A stretch of 64,000 nucleotides of DNA from a virus. Below are positions 36,475 through 47,649 of the stretch, one piece after another; position 1 is the first letter of the stretch; every line of letters starts with the position of its first letter. Made by a program: the position numbers and the translations under genes. Under the pieces are notes generated by a model that had not been told where the DNA came from, did not search any database, and worked only from the letters and a program-made list of their open reading frames with translations. The stretch is taken from positions 83,761 to 147,760 of IMG/VR virus record IMGVR_UViG_3300035171_000016, one strand, 5' to 3'.

Positions 36475-37331
36475 TGAATATTAAATTTACCGTATCAGCA
36501 GAAAAAAATAATAATAAAATAATTTCTTCCTCAGAAGATAAGTTTGCCGGAGTAGTAAAAGGTAGTTTAATTAAAATAGAAAACGATTCTATTCTTCATA
36601 CTGTCCAATCAAAAGAATCATTTTTTTATATTAAAGATTTTTTAGTACAAAATTCAAAAATTATTGTTATTGAAGATGATACAAAGATAAATCTACAATC
36701 TGGAGACTCGCTTAAAATAACATATAAAGAATATGAATCAAAATTTATTATTGACGTTTTAAATGGCGGAGTAGGATATAATGTAGGAGATATTATTACA
36801 GTAAAAGATGGAGTAGTAAATATTGATATATCAAGCGGACTATCAAACCCAACTACTTTAGAAGTTATAGAAGTTAATATGGATGGGGCTATTCAAAAAC
36901 TAGGCATAAAAGAATCTGGAAGATATATAACGCCCCCAAGTAATCCTATAAAAACATATTCAAAAAATGGAAATAATTGCGAAATTGAATTAAAATATTT
37001 AGAGCTTTCTAATAGAGCTTTTATAGAAAAAGAAATAGATAATATTTATTTTTCAAATGGCCAAACATTTATAGTTTTAAATTCTTCTTTACCATTAAAC
37101 TTAAAAAATGGAAAGCTATCGGTAGAAAAAGCTATTGTTACTCTTTCTGAAAACTATAATGGAGAAACTAGAAAAAACCTATCATATGAAATATTTAGAG
37201 ACTTTACTCCAAACCTTAGAATACCTCTTTTAGTAAGGGGTTCTCTATCTCACGAAACAGTTTATAATAAAGGCTGTTTAATTTTAGATGCCGAAATCCA
37301 AAAAATTAAAGATAAACTAGGTATTTCTTAA
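36474..37331 (+). CDS. putative virion/baseplate protein
   Basis: NGGVGYNVGD.IT...G.Y..PP beta motif; coupled to the tail paralog. Confidence 0.45.
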   Translation: MNIKFTVSAEKNNNKIISSSEDKFAGVVKGSLIKIENDSILHTVQSKESFFYIKDFLVQNSKIIVIEDDTKINLQSGDSLKITYKEYESKFIIDVLNGGVGYNVGDIITVKDGVVNIDISSGLSNPTTLEVIEVNMDGAIQKLGIKESGRYITPPSNPIKTYSKNGNNCEIELKYLELSNRAFIEKEIDNIYFSNGQTFIVLNSSLPLNLKNGKLSVEKAIVTLSENYNGETRKNLSYEIFRDFTPNLRIPLLVRGSLSHETVYNKGCLILDAEIQKIKDKLGIS

Positions 37332-37333
37332 TA

Positions 37334-40300
37334 TTAAGTTCTTTTAGGAGCGAAGGTTTGATGTAAGATTCCTCCCGGTCTGCTTTGTTGAGTCATTTCT
37401 TTTACTATCATTCCTTTAATATTATCGGCTACTTTCGATAGAACATCCTTGCTATCTTTTTCTGACGTTCCATTTTTAGAATCTGAACTTGATTTAGAGT
37501 CGCTAGATGTTACTTCTCCGGTATGATGCATAGAAACATTTACAGCCACATGATTGGTAACATTAGACTGTGGTTTAGAATCACTATTTTTATTTCCATT
37601 CGTTGATAGTTTTTCTTTAATTTGGTTTAAAGCATTTATAATTTTAGTTGTTCCATCGTCTGAATTAGATTGTCCGCCAACATATCCTCCATCGGCATAT
37701 TTAGCTGTAGAATTGAGAGATTTAAAGAAACTAGTTCCGTATTTATTAACCGTTTGTGGGCTCATTACATACTCTCCGCCCATAACCATAGCACTAAACT
37801 TATCAGAAGAGTTTTCGCCGCCAAAATAACCGCCGCCAGCAAATTTAGGAATTAATCCGCCACTAGCTCTACTTGTTAGTCCAAAACCATAAGGGTTATA
37901 GCTTTGAGTTCCATATGAATTAATACTATTAATAGTAGTATTATTTCCAGCAAAATTATTTGCGGCAGAGGAATTTAATGGGCCTTGGCCTTGATTTAAA
38001 GCTGATATTTGGTTGTCTGTAGGATTATTACTATTGCTAACTTGAGCAAACGCACCAACAACATTACCAACGGCACCCAAATAAGCCAATCCTAAATTTA
38101 AATTTTGAGAAAACTTAAAGGCATCTAATTGTTTTTGATACTCTCTTTCGGCTAACCTTTTATTAAGGGCGTACTTTTCTCTTGAAAACTTTAATTTATT
38201 TTGAGGATTATTATCATCTGTTTGTCCTATAGCGGATAATAATGAACTTGTTTTAAAAGAGCCCTTTCCTTTATTAATTAAAAATGCATTAGCTAATGTT
38301 ATGTCGGTAGAGCTTCCGTTTATTGAAATGGAATCACTAGTAACACCCGGAAAAGAATTCTTTTTCTTGGGTCTATTAATAAATGCTCCCGGCTGCCTAA
38401 ACGAGTCCCTTTGTTCCCCTGTTCCGTTTAGGTGATTTAGATTATCAACACCAATACGATTTACTGCGTTTTTATTAATAACAAATTCCCCGCCGCTTAA
38501 AAATGCCGGAACATCATCTCTTACTCCAGAACCCATATTTACAAATCCGCCTTTAGCAAATTTAGGAATATATCCACCAGAAGCTTTTCTATTAGGCGGA
38601 GTAGCCGATGGTATTATACTAGGAGCAAAAGAAGCTATACCTTTAAAGGCAGCACCAAATAACGAGTTAATTCCAATATTTATAGCCTTAGAAGCTAAAC
38701 TTTGGGCTAATGATATACCTAAATCTCTAAATGCCTCGCTTGCATTTTTTGCGCCTTTAGTTATCTCTAATAAATTATAAGATAAATCATTTTTGATTTC
38801 CGCTGAAAATTCCTGCAATCCAACAACAGAATCTTTTAGAAAAGTAGACGTATTATATTGGAATGGAGCCGCAGCCGCTTGTGCGAAGCTAGCCCCAGTT
38901 AAAGCTGTACCACCAATTCCGTTTCCGCGCTGAGAAGCCGCACCAATATTATTTTCTAAGTTTTTAGCAGCGATTCTATCAGTAAAAGCTAATTGAATAT
39001 CTAAATTTTTATTCTGATTTTCAATTTCATCGTTAATATTTTTTTGTTTTTCTTCTAATGCTGTAGAAGCAGATATTAAATTTTCTAATATTACTTCTTG
39101 AGTTTCTAGTTCTGCGCCAGCAGGAAGAGAAGAGATTTTTGATTTCGTGCCGTTAATTAAACTATCTATTCCGCTTTTATTTATATTATTAAAATCTACA
39201 TCCGAAACCGTACCTGATAAATTAGTTGATAGGTTTTTCCTTTGCGTTGCTAGTTCCGCTTCATATGATTGCGCTCTTTGTATAGCAGCAACTTGGAATG
39301 GATTTGCACCAACCTCGCTTCTTTGTAATCCAGAAATTTTATTTATTGAATTTCTATCAATAATTCCACTCTGTCTAATATTATTTTGTGCTTTAGCGAA
39401 TTGTACGTTTAAAAATTTTTCATTATTATTAAACTCGGCTAATCCTTTAGCATCATTTGAAGCAAGATTAGAACGTAAAACAGACAAGTCTTTAATATAC
39501 TTTAATAATGAACCATTTATTTTTTCTTTTATAGAAACTAGTTCGTCCTGAATTGACTTTATAGTTTTATCGTCTAGAGATAGATTGGAAATATTATCTA
39601 TTTTCCCCCCTAATAAAGTATTTTTTAAATCACCTTCTGGTAATTTACTTATTTTATTTAAAGACGTTCCAGATATTTTTTTATCATTAGAATTTAAATC
39701 GCTAATAACGGTATTTATTAATGCTTGACTCCCTTTAACAAGACTAACATTTTCTATTTGTTTTGCTATTTGATAGTTTATTTGTTCTGGTGAATTTGAA
39801 TTAATATTTCCAAAAACAGAAGAAACAAAAGATGAAGATTTTTTAAATCCAGAATTTATAGATTCGGCATCGCCATTTAATTTATTTTTTTCAATACTAT
39901 CTTTTAATAATTTTAATAAATCATTTTTACCAGATACTAATCCTTCGTTACTTGATATAGATAACTCTGCTTTTAGTTGTTTTTGAGCCTTATCAAACTC
40001 GTCTTTATCTTGAGCTAATTTTTCTTGAAAGGAGACATAATTTTTAAAATAAGAATTATCTCCAGAATTTAAAATAGATATTTGATTTGCGCCTTGACGA
40101 TTTATAGCCCTAACATCTATATTGCTTACATCTCTACTTAAACCTTTTAATATTTTAATATCAAAATTATTTAAAGATTTACTAGAAGACTCTAAAAATT
40201 TTATTAAATCAGAATTAATAGTTTCTAAAGCATCATCGTATAACTGAATATTTTTATCAATAACTTTTGAATTTTCTTTATTTGCATTAATATTTGAAGA

Positions 40301-43300
40301 ACTAAATTTTCCAAATAATACTTTTGAAAGAAAATCTGGGTTATTTTTACCCGCCTCGCTTACTTGTTGAGATATATCTCCAAACTGAGAGCCGAAACCC
40401 TTTGAAGATAAAATAGGCTTTAACGCTGAAAGGAATCCAGATAGACCGCCAGACCTAGATGATTGAATTTGCTCTAAATCTTTAGGACTTAATACGTCTT
40501 GTAATGACTGGCCAGAAGTATTTAGTCTTGTTAATAAAGAACTAGAAAATTGTTGAACCCTCTCTAAGTCGGTAGACTCTCTATCCAATCTTTTTCCTCT
40601 AAGATACTGTCCAATTACTGGGTCATTTTCTGAATTACCAGCTCTAGCACTTGTAGTAAAAAACCCTCTTTCAAAACTTTCAAACCCGCCGGGTTTAGAT
40701 GTTGAATTTAATATGCTAGCATCTTTACCAGAATTAATATTTTGACTATTAATAGTTTGAGCAATATCAGCGATATTATTAGCTTCGGAAAAATTTCCAC
40801 TTGTAACGGCGGACTGTATTCTTCCGCGAAATTCAGACGGAATACCTGCAAAGGCTATATTTTTTTGACCCTCTAGTAATCTTTTTTGTAAAGCAGTAGC
40901 GGATAAATCATTTCCAATACTTGCTAGCTGCTGAGAAATAGAAACGTAAGAGCTTAAAGAAACCGATGTTTTTTGTGCCGAATCGGTTAATAGCTCTAAT
41001 CTCTTTGATAAATCTGGAAGGGTATCAGAGAACGCTTTAAATACAGTAGGTAATTCCAGTAACGCTCCCACTCCGGCTCCGGCTACGGCTCCTAGCGGAT
41101 TTCCTCCAGATAATCCTAACCCAGTTAAAGCATATGAGCCTATATTTCCAGCGGCACCAATAGAAGCGTTTGCTCCACGAGCCGTAGTAGAATTGTTTCC
41201 AATTAATCCTTCTGCGGTATTTTGAATTACTCCCGTTAAAATAGGAAGAGCAAAAGAACCTAATAATGCCTGTCCAGCAACTCTTTGCCTTGCCCTCTGA
41301 AACGATGCGTTTTCTCCTAAATTTTCAGATTCTTTAGATAGTTTATTATCTTTAAATACAGAATTAAAAATATTTAATTTATCCAATTTTGATTGGAAAA
41401 TTTTACTTCTATTTTGAAGTTCTTCTTCGATTATCTGGTCTTCTTGAAGTGAAAGACCTCTATTTAACTCGGCTCTTCCGGGGCCAAGTAATTCATCTCC
41501 AGATACTCCAGATTGAAAAATTCTACTAGATAACGCTCCGCCTTCATTTAATACTTTTGTTACTCCGGCAACATTAGAAGCTCCATTATCAATAGTTCTT
41601 ATTCCTCTGGTAGTAATTTTGCCACTAGAAGGGTCTTTAGTTATATCTAAAACCTTAGTAGTATAACTTAATTTTTGAGTATTTTGTATTATTTGAGATT
41701 TAAACTTTTGCATCTCTTCGGAACTTTCACTCGCTCCTTTAGATACTAAACTTAAATATTCATCTATTTGTTTATTAATGATATTAGCCTCTCTAATACC
41801 CTTAAATCTTACATCTTCTCTTAATAGTTGTTGTTCTCCATTAACTCCGGTAGGCAAAAGAATGCTTTGGTTAACAGTTCTTTGGTTTGCAATATTAAAT
41901 CTATTGGCTTGTGCATCTAAAATCTTTTTATTATTAGCAAGATTAAATATAGCATTACCTATTACTGACGTTTCAGAGTTTCCTGCTCCAGAAAAGCTTG
42001 GATAAAATTGAAATGCTCCCGGATTAAAGCTTTTAGTTTTTTGTTCAGCCGTACCAAAGTTTACATCCGACGCTTTTGTAATAGCTTTTATAAAATTATC
42101 TAGCGACTCCGTAGATTTCTTTAAGCTAATATTTAAATCAAGGGTGCTTTTACTTATCTCTGGTAATTGTATAGCATTTTTACCAGTTCCGGCTCCAAGT
42201 AATAAAGGAAAGGGTTTTTCTGGTGGAGGCGTTCCGTATCTAACAGAATCGGGGGCTAAACTAGCTGGATTAAAAATAGGCTTAGCTTTTTTAAATTCTT
42301 CTGGAACTAGATTAGAAGGTAATAGATTAAAAGGGTATGGAATATCCGCAAAATTAGGAATATTTCCTGCTTTTTTAGGGTCATTTCCGCTTCTTCTAGA
42401 CCTATTAATACCCTGTTGAAGACCAAGCGGCTCATCTTTGGTATTATAAATACCAATTCCTAAAGGATTATCGGCAGAAATAAGCTCTCCAGAACTTCCT
42501 ACTCTAATCTGAGAAGGATTAATACCTGCCTTTGTTTCTCTTTCTATAGCGTCTGATAAAGCACTAAAACCCGGAATATTTTTAGCTCTACTATTACCAG
42601 TTATTTTTTCATTGGTAATTACAAACGGGGCCGCAGTTGCTCCAACGCCTCCTAATGAAAATTTAGATATTATTTCAGCTACTCTTGCCGCCGCAGCAGC
42701 ATTGGCATTTAGTTGGGCATTTTGTTTTGCTAAAATTTCACTAACAACCTGTTGAACTTTATAAGTTTCGTTTCCTGCTGCGTTTATTTTTTGTATAGCA
42801 CCCGGTTCAGATTGTAATAAGTCTAAAATAATTCTTTCGTTTCTTGCTCTTGCACTAGATACTTCGAGAATAGTTGCAAATGATTTTGCTGCTTGAACTG
42901 TAAATGTAGCAAATAATTTACTAACTAAGGTACCCGCCAACACTAGGCCCGGCCCAGATAAATAGTTTCCTAATCCCTTTAATATTCCCGTTCCTAGATT
43001 TTCCCCAATATCAGAAGTAGCAGCAAAATCAGTAAATTTAAATAGATTTTTTAATGCGGGGGCAATTGATAAATTACCTACTTTTGCTCCAAATTGCTGT
43101 AGATTATTTAAAGATTGGTTTAGTTCCGAGGCCAATGTTTTATTAAGCTCTGCTTGGCGTCTTGCAGCTTGGTCAGAAGAGTTTGCGGAAGTAGATAGAG
43201 CACGTTCATAGATAGAACTCTGTTTCCCTAAATCTTGCAATATAGCTCTAAATTGGTTTGCTTGAAATAGTCCCGAACTTAATTGTACAATTTGTTCTCT

Positions 43301-44203
43301 TTGGGCATCCGAAAGCGTTTTATATGCTTGTGCCGTATTTTTTAGAATAGCATCAGATGATAAAATTTTTCCATTAACATCTTCGGTTAAAATTCCTAAC
43401 TGTTTAAGATTATCTAGAACTTCTGGACGCTGTACTCGTTGAAATATAGATTTTAATGCGTTGCCGATAACCGCGCCACCACGCTGCGTTTGTTGTTGCG
43501 CGGAGGTAACTAGGGCTATAAGAGAGTCAAAGCTTACCCCGGTATCCTGAGCGGTAGAGCCTACACGTTGTAAGGCTTGGGCTAAATCTCCCGAACTCAC
43601 AGAAAACTGAGCGTCTACAGTTGCTAATTTATTTACTAGTACTGTAGAATCTAAAGCAACATCATTAAAACTGTTTAAAGCGGCTGTAATGGCCTTTGTG
43701 GACTCTACAACATCTAATCCACTTAAACGGGTAAGAGTAAGCGCATCTTTGGTTCTTTTTAAGGTTTCTGATACAGATAAGCCTTGACGAGAGAATTCTA
43801 GGGCAGACGAGGCGGCAATTTTAAATGATTGTCCCGTTTCATTAGCTACTTTAAAAAGAGATGTAGAAAAACCTTCTAGTTGCTTACTACTTAATCCAAA
43901 AATATTATTAATATCAGCTAATTCTTTTTGTACTTCGATAGTAGACCTAATTAGAGCGTCCATCGCCCTAGAGATTAGATAAACCTGCCCGGCAGTAGCA
44001 CCGAAAGAAATAACACGGGCACCAGCGGATTGTAGAGCCTTCTCGAACTCTCCAACTTTCGTACTAATCTGTCCTAATCCAGAGGCGTCTACTCTAACTC
44101 TTACAGGTCTAGCCTCAAGACGCCTAACAGCATCAAAAGTCTGTGACTCAAGAAGCTTAGTATTTGCACCTATTACTAATTCTGCATCAAATTGACCGGC
44201 CAT
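37334..44203 (-). CDS. tail tape measure protein
   Basis: 2289 aa; TP901-type N-terminal TMP domain (EFSRQGL, KL..VD..FSVS, GNALKSIF.R); C-terminal FA.GG...D.VPA.L..GEFV motifs. Confidence 0.9.
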   Translation of the reverse strand: MAGQFDAELVIGANTKLLESQTFDAVRRLEARPVRVRVDASGLGQISTKVGEFEKALQSAGARVISFGATAGQVYLISRAMDALIRSTIEVQKELADINNIFGLSSKQLEGFSTSLFKVANETGQSFKIAASSALEFSRQGLSVSETLKRTKDALTLTRLSGLDVVESTKAITAALNSFNDVALDSTVLVNKLATVDAQFSVSSGDLAQALQRVGSTAQDTGVSFDSLIALVTSAQQQTQRGGAVIGNALKSIFQRVQRPEVLDNLKQLGILTEDVNGKILSSDAILKNTAQAYKTLSDAQREQIVQLSSGLFQANQFRAILQDLGKQSSIYERALSTSANSSDQAARRQAELNKTLASELNQSLNNLQQFGAKVGNLSIAPALKNLFKFTDFAATSDIGENLGTGILKGLGNYLSGPGLVLAGTLVSKLFATFTVQAAKSFATILEVSSARARNERIILDLLQSEPGAIQKINAAGNETYKVQQVVSEILAKQNAQLNANAAAAARVAEIISKFSLGGVGATAAPFVITNEKITGNSRAKNIPGFSALSDAIERETKAGINPSQIRVGSSGELISADNPLGIGIYNTKDEPLGLQQGINRSRRSGNDPKKAGNIPNFADIPYPFNLLPSNLVPEEFKKAKPIFNPASLAPDSVRYGTPPPEKPFPLLLGAGTGKNAIQLPEISKSTLDLNISLKKSTESLDNFIKAITKASDVNFGTAEQKTKSFNPGAFQFYPSFSGAGNSETSVIGNAIFNLANNKKILDAQANRFNIANQRTVNQSILLPTGVNGEQQLLREDVRFKGIREANIINKQIDEYLSLVSKGASESSEEMQKFKSQIIQNTQKLSYTTKVLDITKDPSSGKITTRGIRTIDNGASNVAGVTKVLNEGGALSSRIFQSGVSGDELLGPGRAELNRGLSLQEDQIIEEELQNRSKIFQSKLDKLNIFNSVFKDNKLSKESENLGENASFQRARQRVAGQALLGSFALPILTGVIQNTAEGLIGNNSTTARGANASIGAAGNIGSYALTGLGLSGGNPLGAVAGAGVGALLELPTVFKAFSDTLPDLSKRLELLTDSAQKTSVSLSSYVSISQQLASIGNDLSATALQKRLLEGQKNIAFAGIPSEFRGRIQSAVTSGNFSEANNIADIAQTINSQNINSGKDASILNSTSKPGGFESFERGFFTTSARAGNSENDPVIGQYLRGKRLDRESTDLERVQQFSSSLLTRLNTSGQSLQDVLSPKDLEQIQSSRSGGLSGFLSALKPILSSKGFGSQFGDISQQVSEAGKNNPDFLSKVLFGKFSSSNINANKENSKVIDKNIQLYDDALETINSDLIKFLESSSKSLNNFDIKILKGLSRDVSNIDVRAINRQGANQISILNSGDNSYFKNYVSFQEKLAQDKDEFDKAQKQLKAELSISSNEGLVSGKNDLLKLLKDSIEKNKLNGDAESINSGFKKSSSFVSSVFGNINSNSPEQINYQIAKQIENVSLVKGSQALINTVISDLNSNDKKISGTSLNKISKLPEGDLKNTLLGGKIDNISNLSLDDKTIKSIQDELVSIKEKINGSLLKYIKDLSVLRSNLASNDAKGLAEFNNNEKFLNVQFAKAQNNIRQSGIIDRNSINKISGLQRSEVGANPFQVAAIQRAQSYEAELATQRKNLSTNLSGTVSDVDFNNINKSGIDSLINGTKSKISSLPAGAELETQEVILENLISASTALEEKQKNINDEIENQNKNLDIQLAFTDRIAAKNLENNIGAASQRGNGIGGTALTGASFAQAAAAPFQYNTSTFLKDSVVGLQEFSAEIKNDLSYNLLEITKGAKNASEAFRDLGISLAQSLASKAINIGINSLFGAAFKGIASFAPSIIPSATPPNRKASGGYIPKFAKGGFVNMGSGVRDDVPAFLSGGEFVINKNAVNRIGVDNLNHLNGTGEQRDSFRQPGAFINRPKKKNSFPGVTSDSISINGSSTDITLANAFLINKGKGSFKTSSLLSAIGQTDDNNPQNKLKFSREKYALNKRLAEREYQKQLDAFKFSQNLNLGLAYLGAVGNVVGAFAQVSNSNNPTDNQISALNQGQGPLNSSAANNFAGNNTTINSINSYGTQSYNPYGFGLTSRASGGLIPKFAGGGYFGGENSSDKFSAMVMGGEYVMSPQTVNKYGTSFFKSLNSTAKYADGGYVGGQSNSDDGTTKIINALNQIKEKLSTNGNKNSDSKPQSNVTNHVAVNVSMHHTGEVTSSDSKSSSDSKNGTSEKDSKDVLSKVADNIKGMIVKEMTQQSRPGGILHQTFAPKRT

Positions 44204-44279
44204 ATAATATATTTACTACCTTATACTCTTTAAACTACCAATTATTTACACATATTAAAGAATATATTAAATTAAATGA

Positions 44280-45269
44280 TTATCCGGTCATATTGAATAA
44301 ATCGTCTTTTGTTAGCATTCCGTTACTCTTTTTACCTATTTCTTTACCAATATTCATTACTCTAGAAGTATCAATACCTAACATTTCCATATCTTTCTTT
44401 GTCGCCCCCATAATACTTCCCATTCCTCCATCAGCATTTTCATCATCTTTTAATATTCCTGACTTTTCGGCGTTTTGAGTAATTTCAAACCATTCGATAG
44501 TATCATCAACATTTTCTGACATTTCTTTAGGAATTTTATCTCCATATTGACCAGTTAAATTCTTAAAATATCTTCCCCATGCAAATAAATTAGTTTGATG
44601 GTTAGTTAAACTTACTATTGGCTTGCCATAAAAATAATAAGCATTATCTCCGCACATATAAAATAGATTAGTAAAGAATGAAGATATAGCTATTTTTTTT
44701 ATATTTTCTTCCTGAAATTTATCTTGATATTTTTGATATAAAGTTATTAATTCTTCATATTCAGAACTTGAAGTATCATCAATTTCTAACCTTTCTTTAA
44801 ATTCCGAATCTTTATAAAAAGAACTTACTATTTGAAAATGAAAAGCCTGCTGATTAGCATATTTTTCTGCTGTCGAGCCAATTAAATAATCTTTTTTTAT
44901 AAACAGAGCATCTAAGTGATTTTCTGAGTCAGCTATCTCTTTTCTCCAAGTTTTTCTTTTAGAATATAAGAATTCTCTAGAAAGGTTCTCTCTTGCTCCC
45001 CGTATAAACTCTTTAGTATTATTAAAATCATCTTCTTCTTTTTTAGTCCATAAACCTTCGGAAATAATGATTTTTTCTCTGTTTTTATTTGTAGGTATAT
45101 TTTGTTCGATAGCCCTAGAAAAGAAATAAGAGTATTGTTTTTCTATTTTAATAGAGTCTAAATGAGATTGGTGTTTAATATATAAATCACCAAATTTTTC
45201 ACTGTTTTCTATTGAAAAACCGTTAATTAATTCAGAAAAAATTAAATGAGACTTTTCGGAATATTTCAT
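44280..45269 (-). CDS. putative tail assembly chaperone
   Basis: position immediately upstream of TMP. Confidence 0.5.
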   Translation of the reverse strand: MKYSEKSHLIFSELINGFSIENSEKFGDLYIKHQSHLDSIKIEKQYSYFFSRAIEQNIPTNKNREKIIISEGLWTKKEEDDFNNTKEFIRGARENLSREFLYSKRKTWRKEIADSENHLDALFIKKDYLIGSTAEKYANQQAFHFQIVSSFYKDSEFKERLEIDDTSSSEYEELITLYQKYQDKFQEENIKKIAISSFFTNLFYMCGDNAYYFYGKPIVSLTNHQTNLFAWGRYFKNLTGQYGDKIPKEMSENVDDTIEWFEITQNAEKSGILKDDENADGGMGSIMGATKKDMEMLGIDTSRVMNIGKEIGKKSNGMLTKDDLFNMTG

Positions 45270-45274
45270 TCATA

Positions 45275-46027
45275 TTACGAAGATTTTTTAATTAGTCCGT
45301 TAACTTCTCCAGCAGCAAAAATTTCATCAAACTCTTCTTGTTTTTCCGCCTTACCAAAGGCCCATAAAGTAGAAGCAAGTAAAAGCTTTTGAATAACTTC
45401 ATAATCAAAAGAGTCGTCACTTAACTCCAATTCTTCATATTTTTTAACTCTATCTTCAAATTTACCATTTCCAAAAACAGGCTCAAACTTTCCATTATTA
45501 TCCTTATATGATAAGAATAACATCCACCAAACAGCGGTTCTATCGCTAGCTACTTTTTCGGCAGTATGTTCATATAACATTGAATTGCCACTTTTTTCTT
45601 CGATAGATTGTAGTTCTGCTAGAATAGATAAAATTTCATCATTTAAAGTTTTAATTTCGTCTTTATTATCCTCTGGTTTTTCATTAAGTTTATTAAGTTC
45701 AGATTTCTTAACCCAAATCTTTGACCAAAGGCCTTCATATACTTTTTTTTCCTCGCTACCTAAAATGCCACCATCATCAACAAAGCGTTTTCTTAATTGA
45801 ATAGTAGAAAAAATTCCACGTTTAATACATTCTGCAACAATACTTTCATAATATAAAGTAGATTCTTGTTTTAAAGAAAATGATGGCTTAGATAGAATAT
45901 AATTATATGGAACTTTTTCTGTTGCTTTTTCAAGAACAGTTATATCTTTTCCATCCGCATCTTGTTTAATTACTTGTACGTCTTTAGAAATCTCTTTTAA
46001 AACCGAAAATTTTACAATATGTTTCAT
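45275..46027 (-). CDS. putative tail assembly chaperone
   Basis: lies between tail tube and TMP. Confidence 0.5.
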   Translation of the reverse strand: MKHIVKFSVLKEISKDVQVIKQDADGKDITVLEKATEKVPYNYILSKPSFSLKQESTLYYESIVAECIKRGIFSTIQLRKRFVDDGGILGSEEKKVYEGLWSKIWVKKSELNKLNEKPEDNKDEIKTLNDEILSILAELQSIEEKSGNSMLYEHTAEKVASDRTAVWWMLFLSYKDNNGKFEPVFGNGKFEDRVKKYEELELSDDSFDYEVIQKLLLASTLWAFGKAEKQEEFDEIFAAGEVNGLIKKSS

Positions 46028-46048
46028 GTATTATTATATATTTATTTT

Positions 46049-46345
46049 TTATTTATTAAAGTTTTTATTATCATTATTTACATCTTTACTATCGCATACT
46101 AATTTTTGAATTTCTTCTAATTCTCTTACGGCTGTATTTAATGTATCTAATATATGTTTTCTATCTCTCTGGTAGTCAATAATAGAATTTTCATAGTCTC
46201 CCACTCCCATTTTAATAAATGTATTTTCTAATTGTTTAATATATATAATTCTTGCCTCTAGAGTAGTAAGAAATACGCTAGTTAAATTTTTTAATTTTCT
46301 AATAGCAGAAAACAATACGACGCTATTCAATTTATTAGAATCCAT
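46049..46345 (-). CDS. hypothetical protein
   Basis: 98-aa ORF in tail operon. Confidence 0.55.
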   Translation of the reverse strand: MDSNKLNSVVLFSAIRKLKNLTSVFLTTLEARIIYIKQLENTFIKMGVGDYENSIIDYQRDRKHILDTLNTAVRELEEIQKLVCDSKDVNNDNKNFNK

Positions 46346-46430
46346 ATAAACAAACCTTTAAACCAACACCGTAACCTTTATAGCGGAATAGAACCGCTAT
46401 TTTAACAAATCTTGCTAGTCTAATTACTAA

Positions 46431-47606
46431 TTAGATATTAGCGCAAATACCAGACATGAATACATTGTGAGCTAAATCACTAGGCCCGCCAATAGTAGTC
46501 TTGAATGAATAATCAACGGTCTTATTACTTCCGATTGATAATCCGTATTTCTGGCTTTCTAGTTTAGCACCTTTTAGTTGATAGAAAACTACAGGATTAT
46601 TAGTACCCGGAGCATTAATAGTAATAGACGGGTTAAAGTCTAAATTATTATTATAAATTTCAACTAAACTACCAGTTTGGAAGTCACCAGCCAAAGCGTT
46701 AACAGTTAGAGTAGCTTCAACAGGGAACTTAGGAAGCTTTGCGTAATAGAATTTAGAACCTAGTTGAGCTAAATCTTCTAGATTTAAGTTAAATGACAAG
46801 CTGTAGCTCTGTACCTTTAAGTCTGTAGGGGCAGAGAAACCATCGCCAGCAGATAGACCCATGTTAAGGTTAATATCACCCGGACGAAGAACGCTTAGTC
46901 CAGTAACATTCGTTAGCGCGGTATTATTAAACGAGGTAACACCAGTAGGAAGTAAATATCCATATCCAGTAATAGCAGTACCACTAGAAGGCGTAATTGC
47001 CGGAGTAATAGCTACGTTACCAGTATTTGCCTGCCAGAGATGCTGCGCTTGAGTATTAAGAGCTACAAGCGAGACATCAACCGTAGGAAAGTCTAAAACG
47101 CGACCCTGCGCCGTATATGAACCAATAAACGTATTACCAAACGAAACTACGTCATAATCAGTAGGATTAGTATCGTCAGCGTCTTGACCTTCTGCAAGAG
47201 TTTTAATGAAGTAGTTCTTAGAGTTAACAACACCAGCTAAGATACCGGATAGACATCCGATTTGAGCTGCGTCACCAGCCTTGTTTACGTTAAAACCTAT
47301 TAAATTTTCATTAACTAGGTTAGCCTGAATATATGAAAAACTTAACTGAACATCTGGCGGGTCAATAGGAACAAGGTCAACCTGAGACAATTCACCAAAC
47401 TGGTTAACGATTTTTAACTTCTTATCCCATCCATTATCACATTTTTGTACTCTATAAAGCTGTGCGATAAGGCTCTGACCAGAAGCGATACTTCCAGAAA
47501 TAAGTCCTAAAGTAGCCGGTAGTTGTAGAGGCCCGGTAGCGGAATTGTTGCCGGTAGGCCCAACGAATAATGCGTCTCCCGCGTAAAGCTGTCTATTTCT
47601 TGCCAT
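46431..47606 (-). CDS. major tail (tube) protein
   Basis: Beta-rich, codon bias like the capsid gene, full late promoter upstream, position before chaperones and TMP. Confidence 0.72.
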   Translation of the reverse strand: MARNRQLYAGDALFVGPTGNNSATGPLQLPATLGLISGSIASGQSLIAQLYRVQKCDNGWDKKLKIVNQFGELSQVDLVPIDPPDVQLSFSYIQANLVNENLIGFNVNKAGDAAQIGCLSGILAGVVNSKNYFIKTLAEGQDADDTNPTDYDVVSFGNTFIGSYTAQGRVLDFPTVDVSLVALNTQAQHLWQANTGNVAITPAITPSSGTAITGYGYLLPTGVTSFNNTALTNVTGLSVLRPGDINLNMGLSAGDGFSAPTDLKVQSYSLSFNLNLEDLAQLGSKFYYAKLPKFPVEATLTVNALAGDFQTGSLVEIYNNNLDFNPSITINAPGTNNPVVFYQLKGAKLESQKYGLSIGSNKTVDYSFKTTIGGPSDLAHNVFMSGICANI

Positions 47607-47649
47607 ATATATTATATTTTATTGTTAAATTCTTGATGTCTTCTTTTAA

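Noticed and set aside
45260-45300. Programmed -1 frameshift joining the two tail chaperone genes
   Set aside because: The downstream ORF is in the -1 frame, but a TGA immediately precedes its ATG and no canonical slippery heptamer is in frame.
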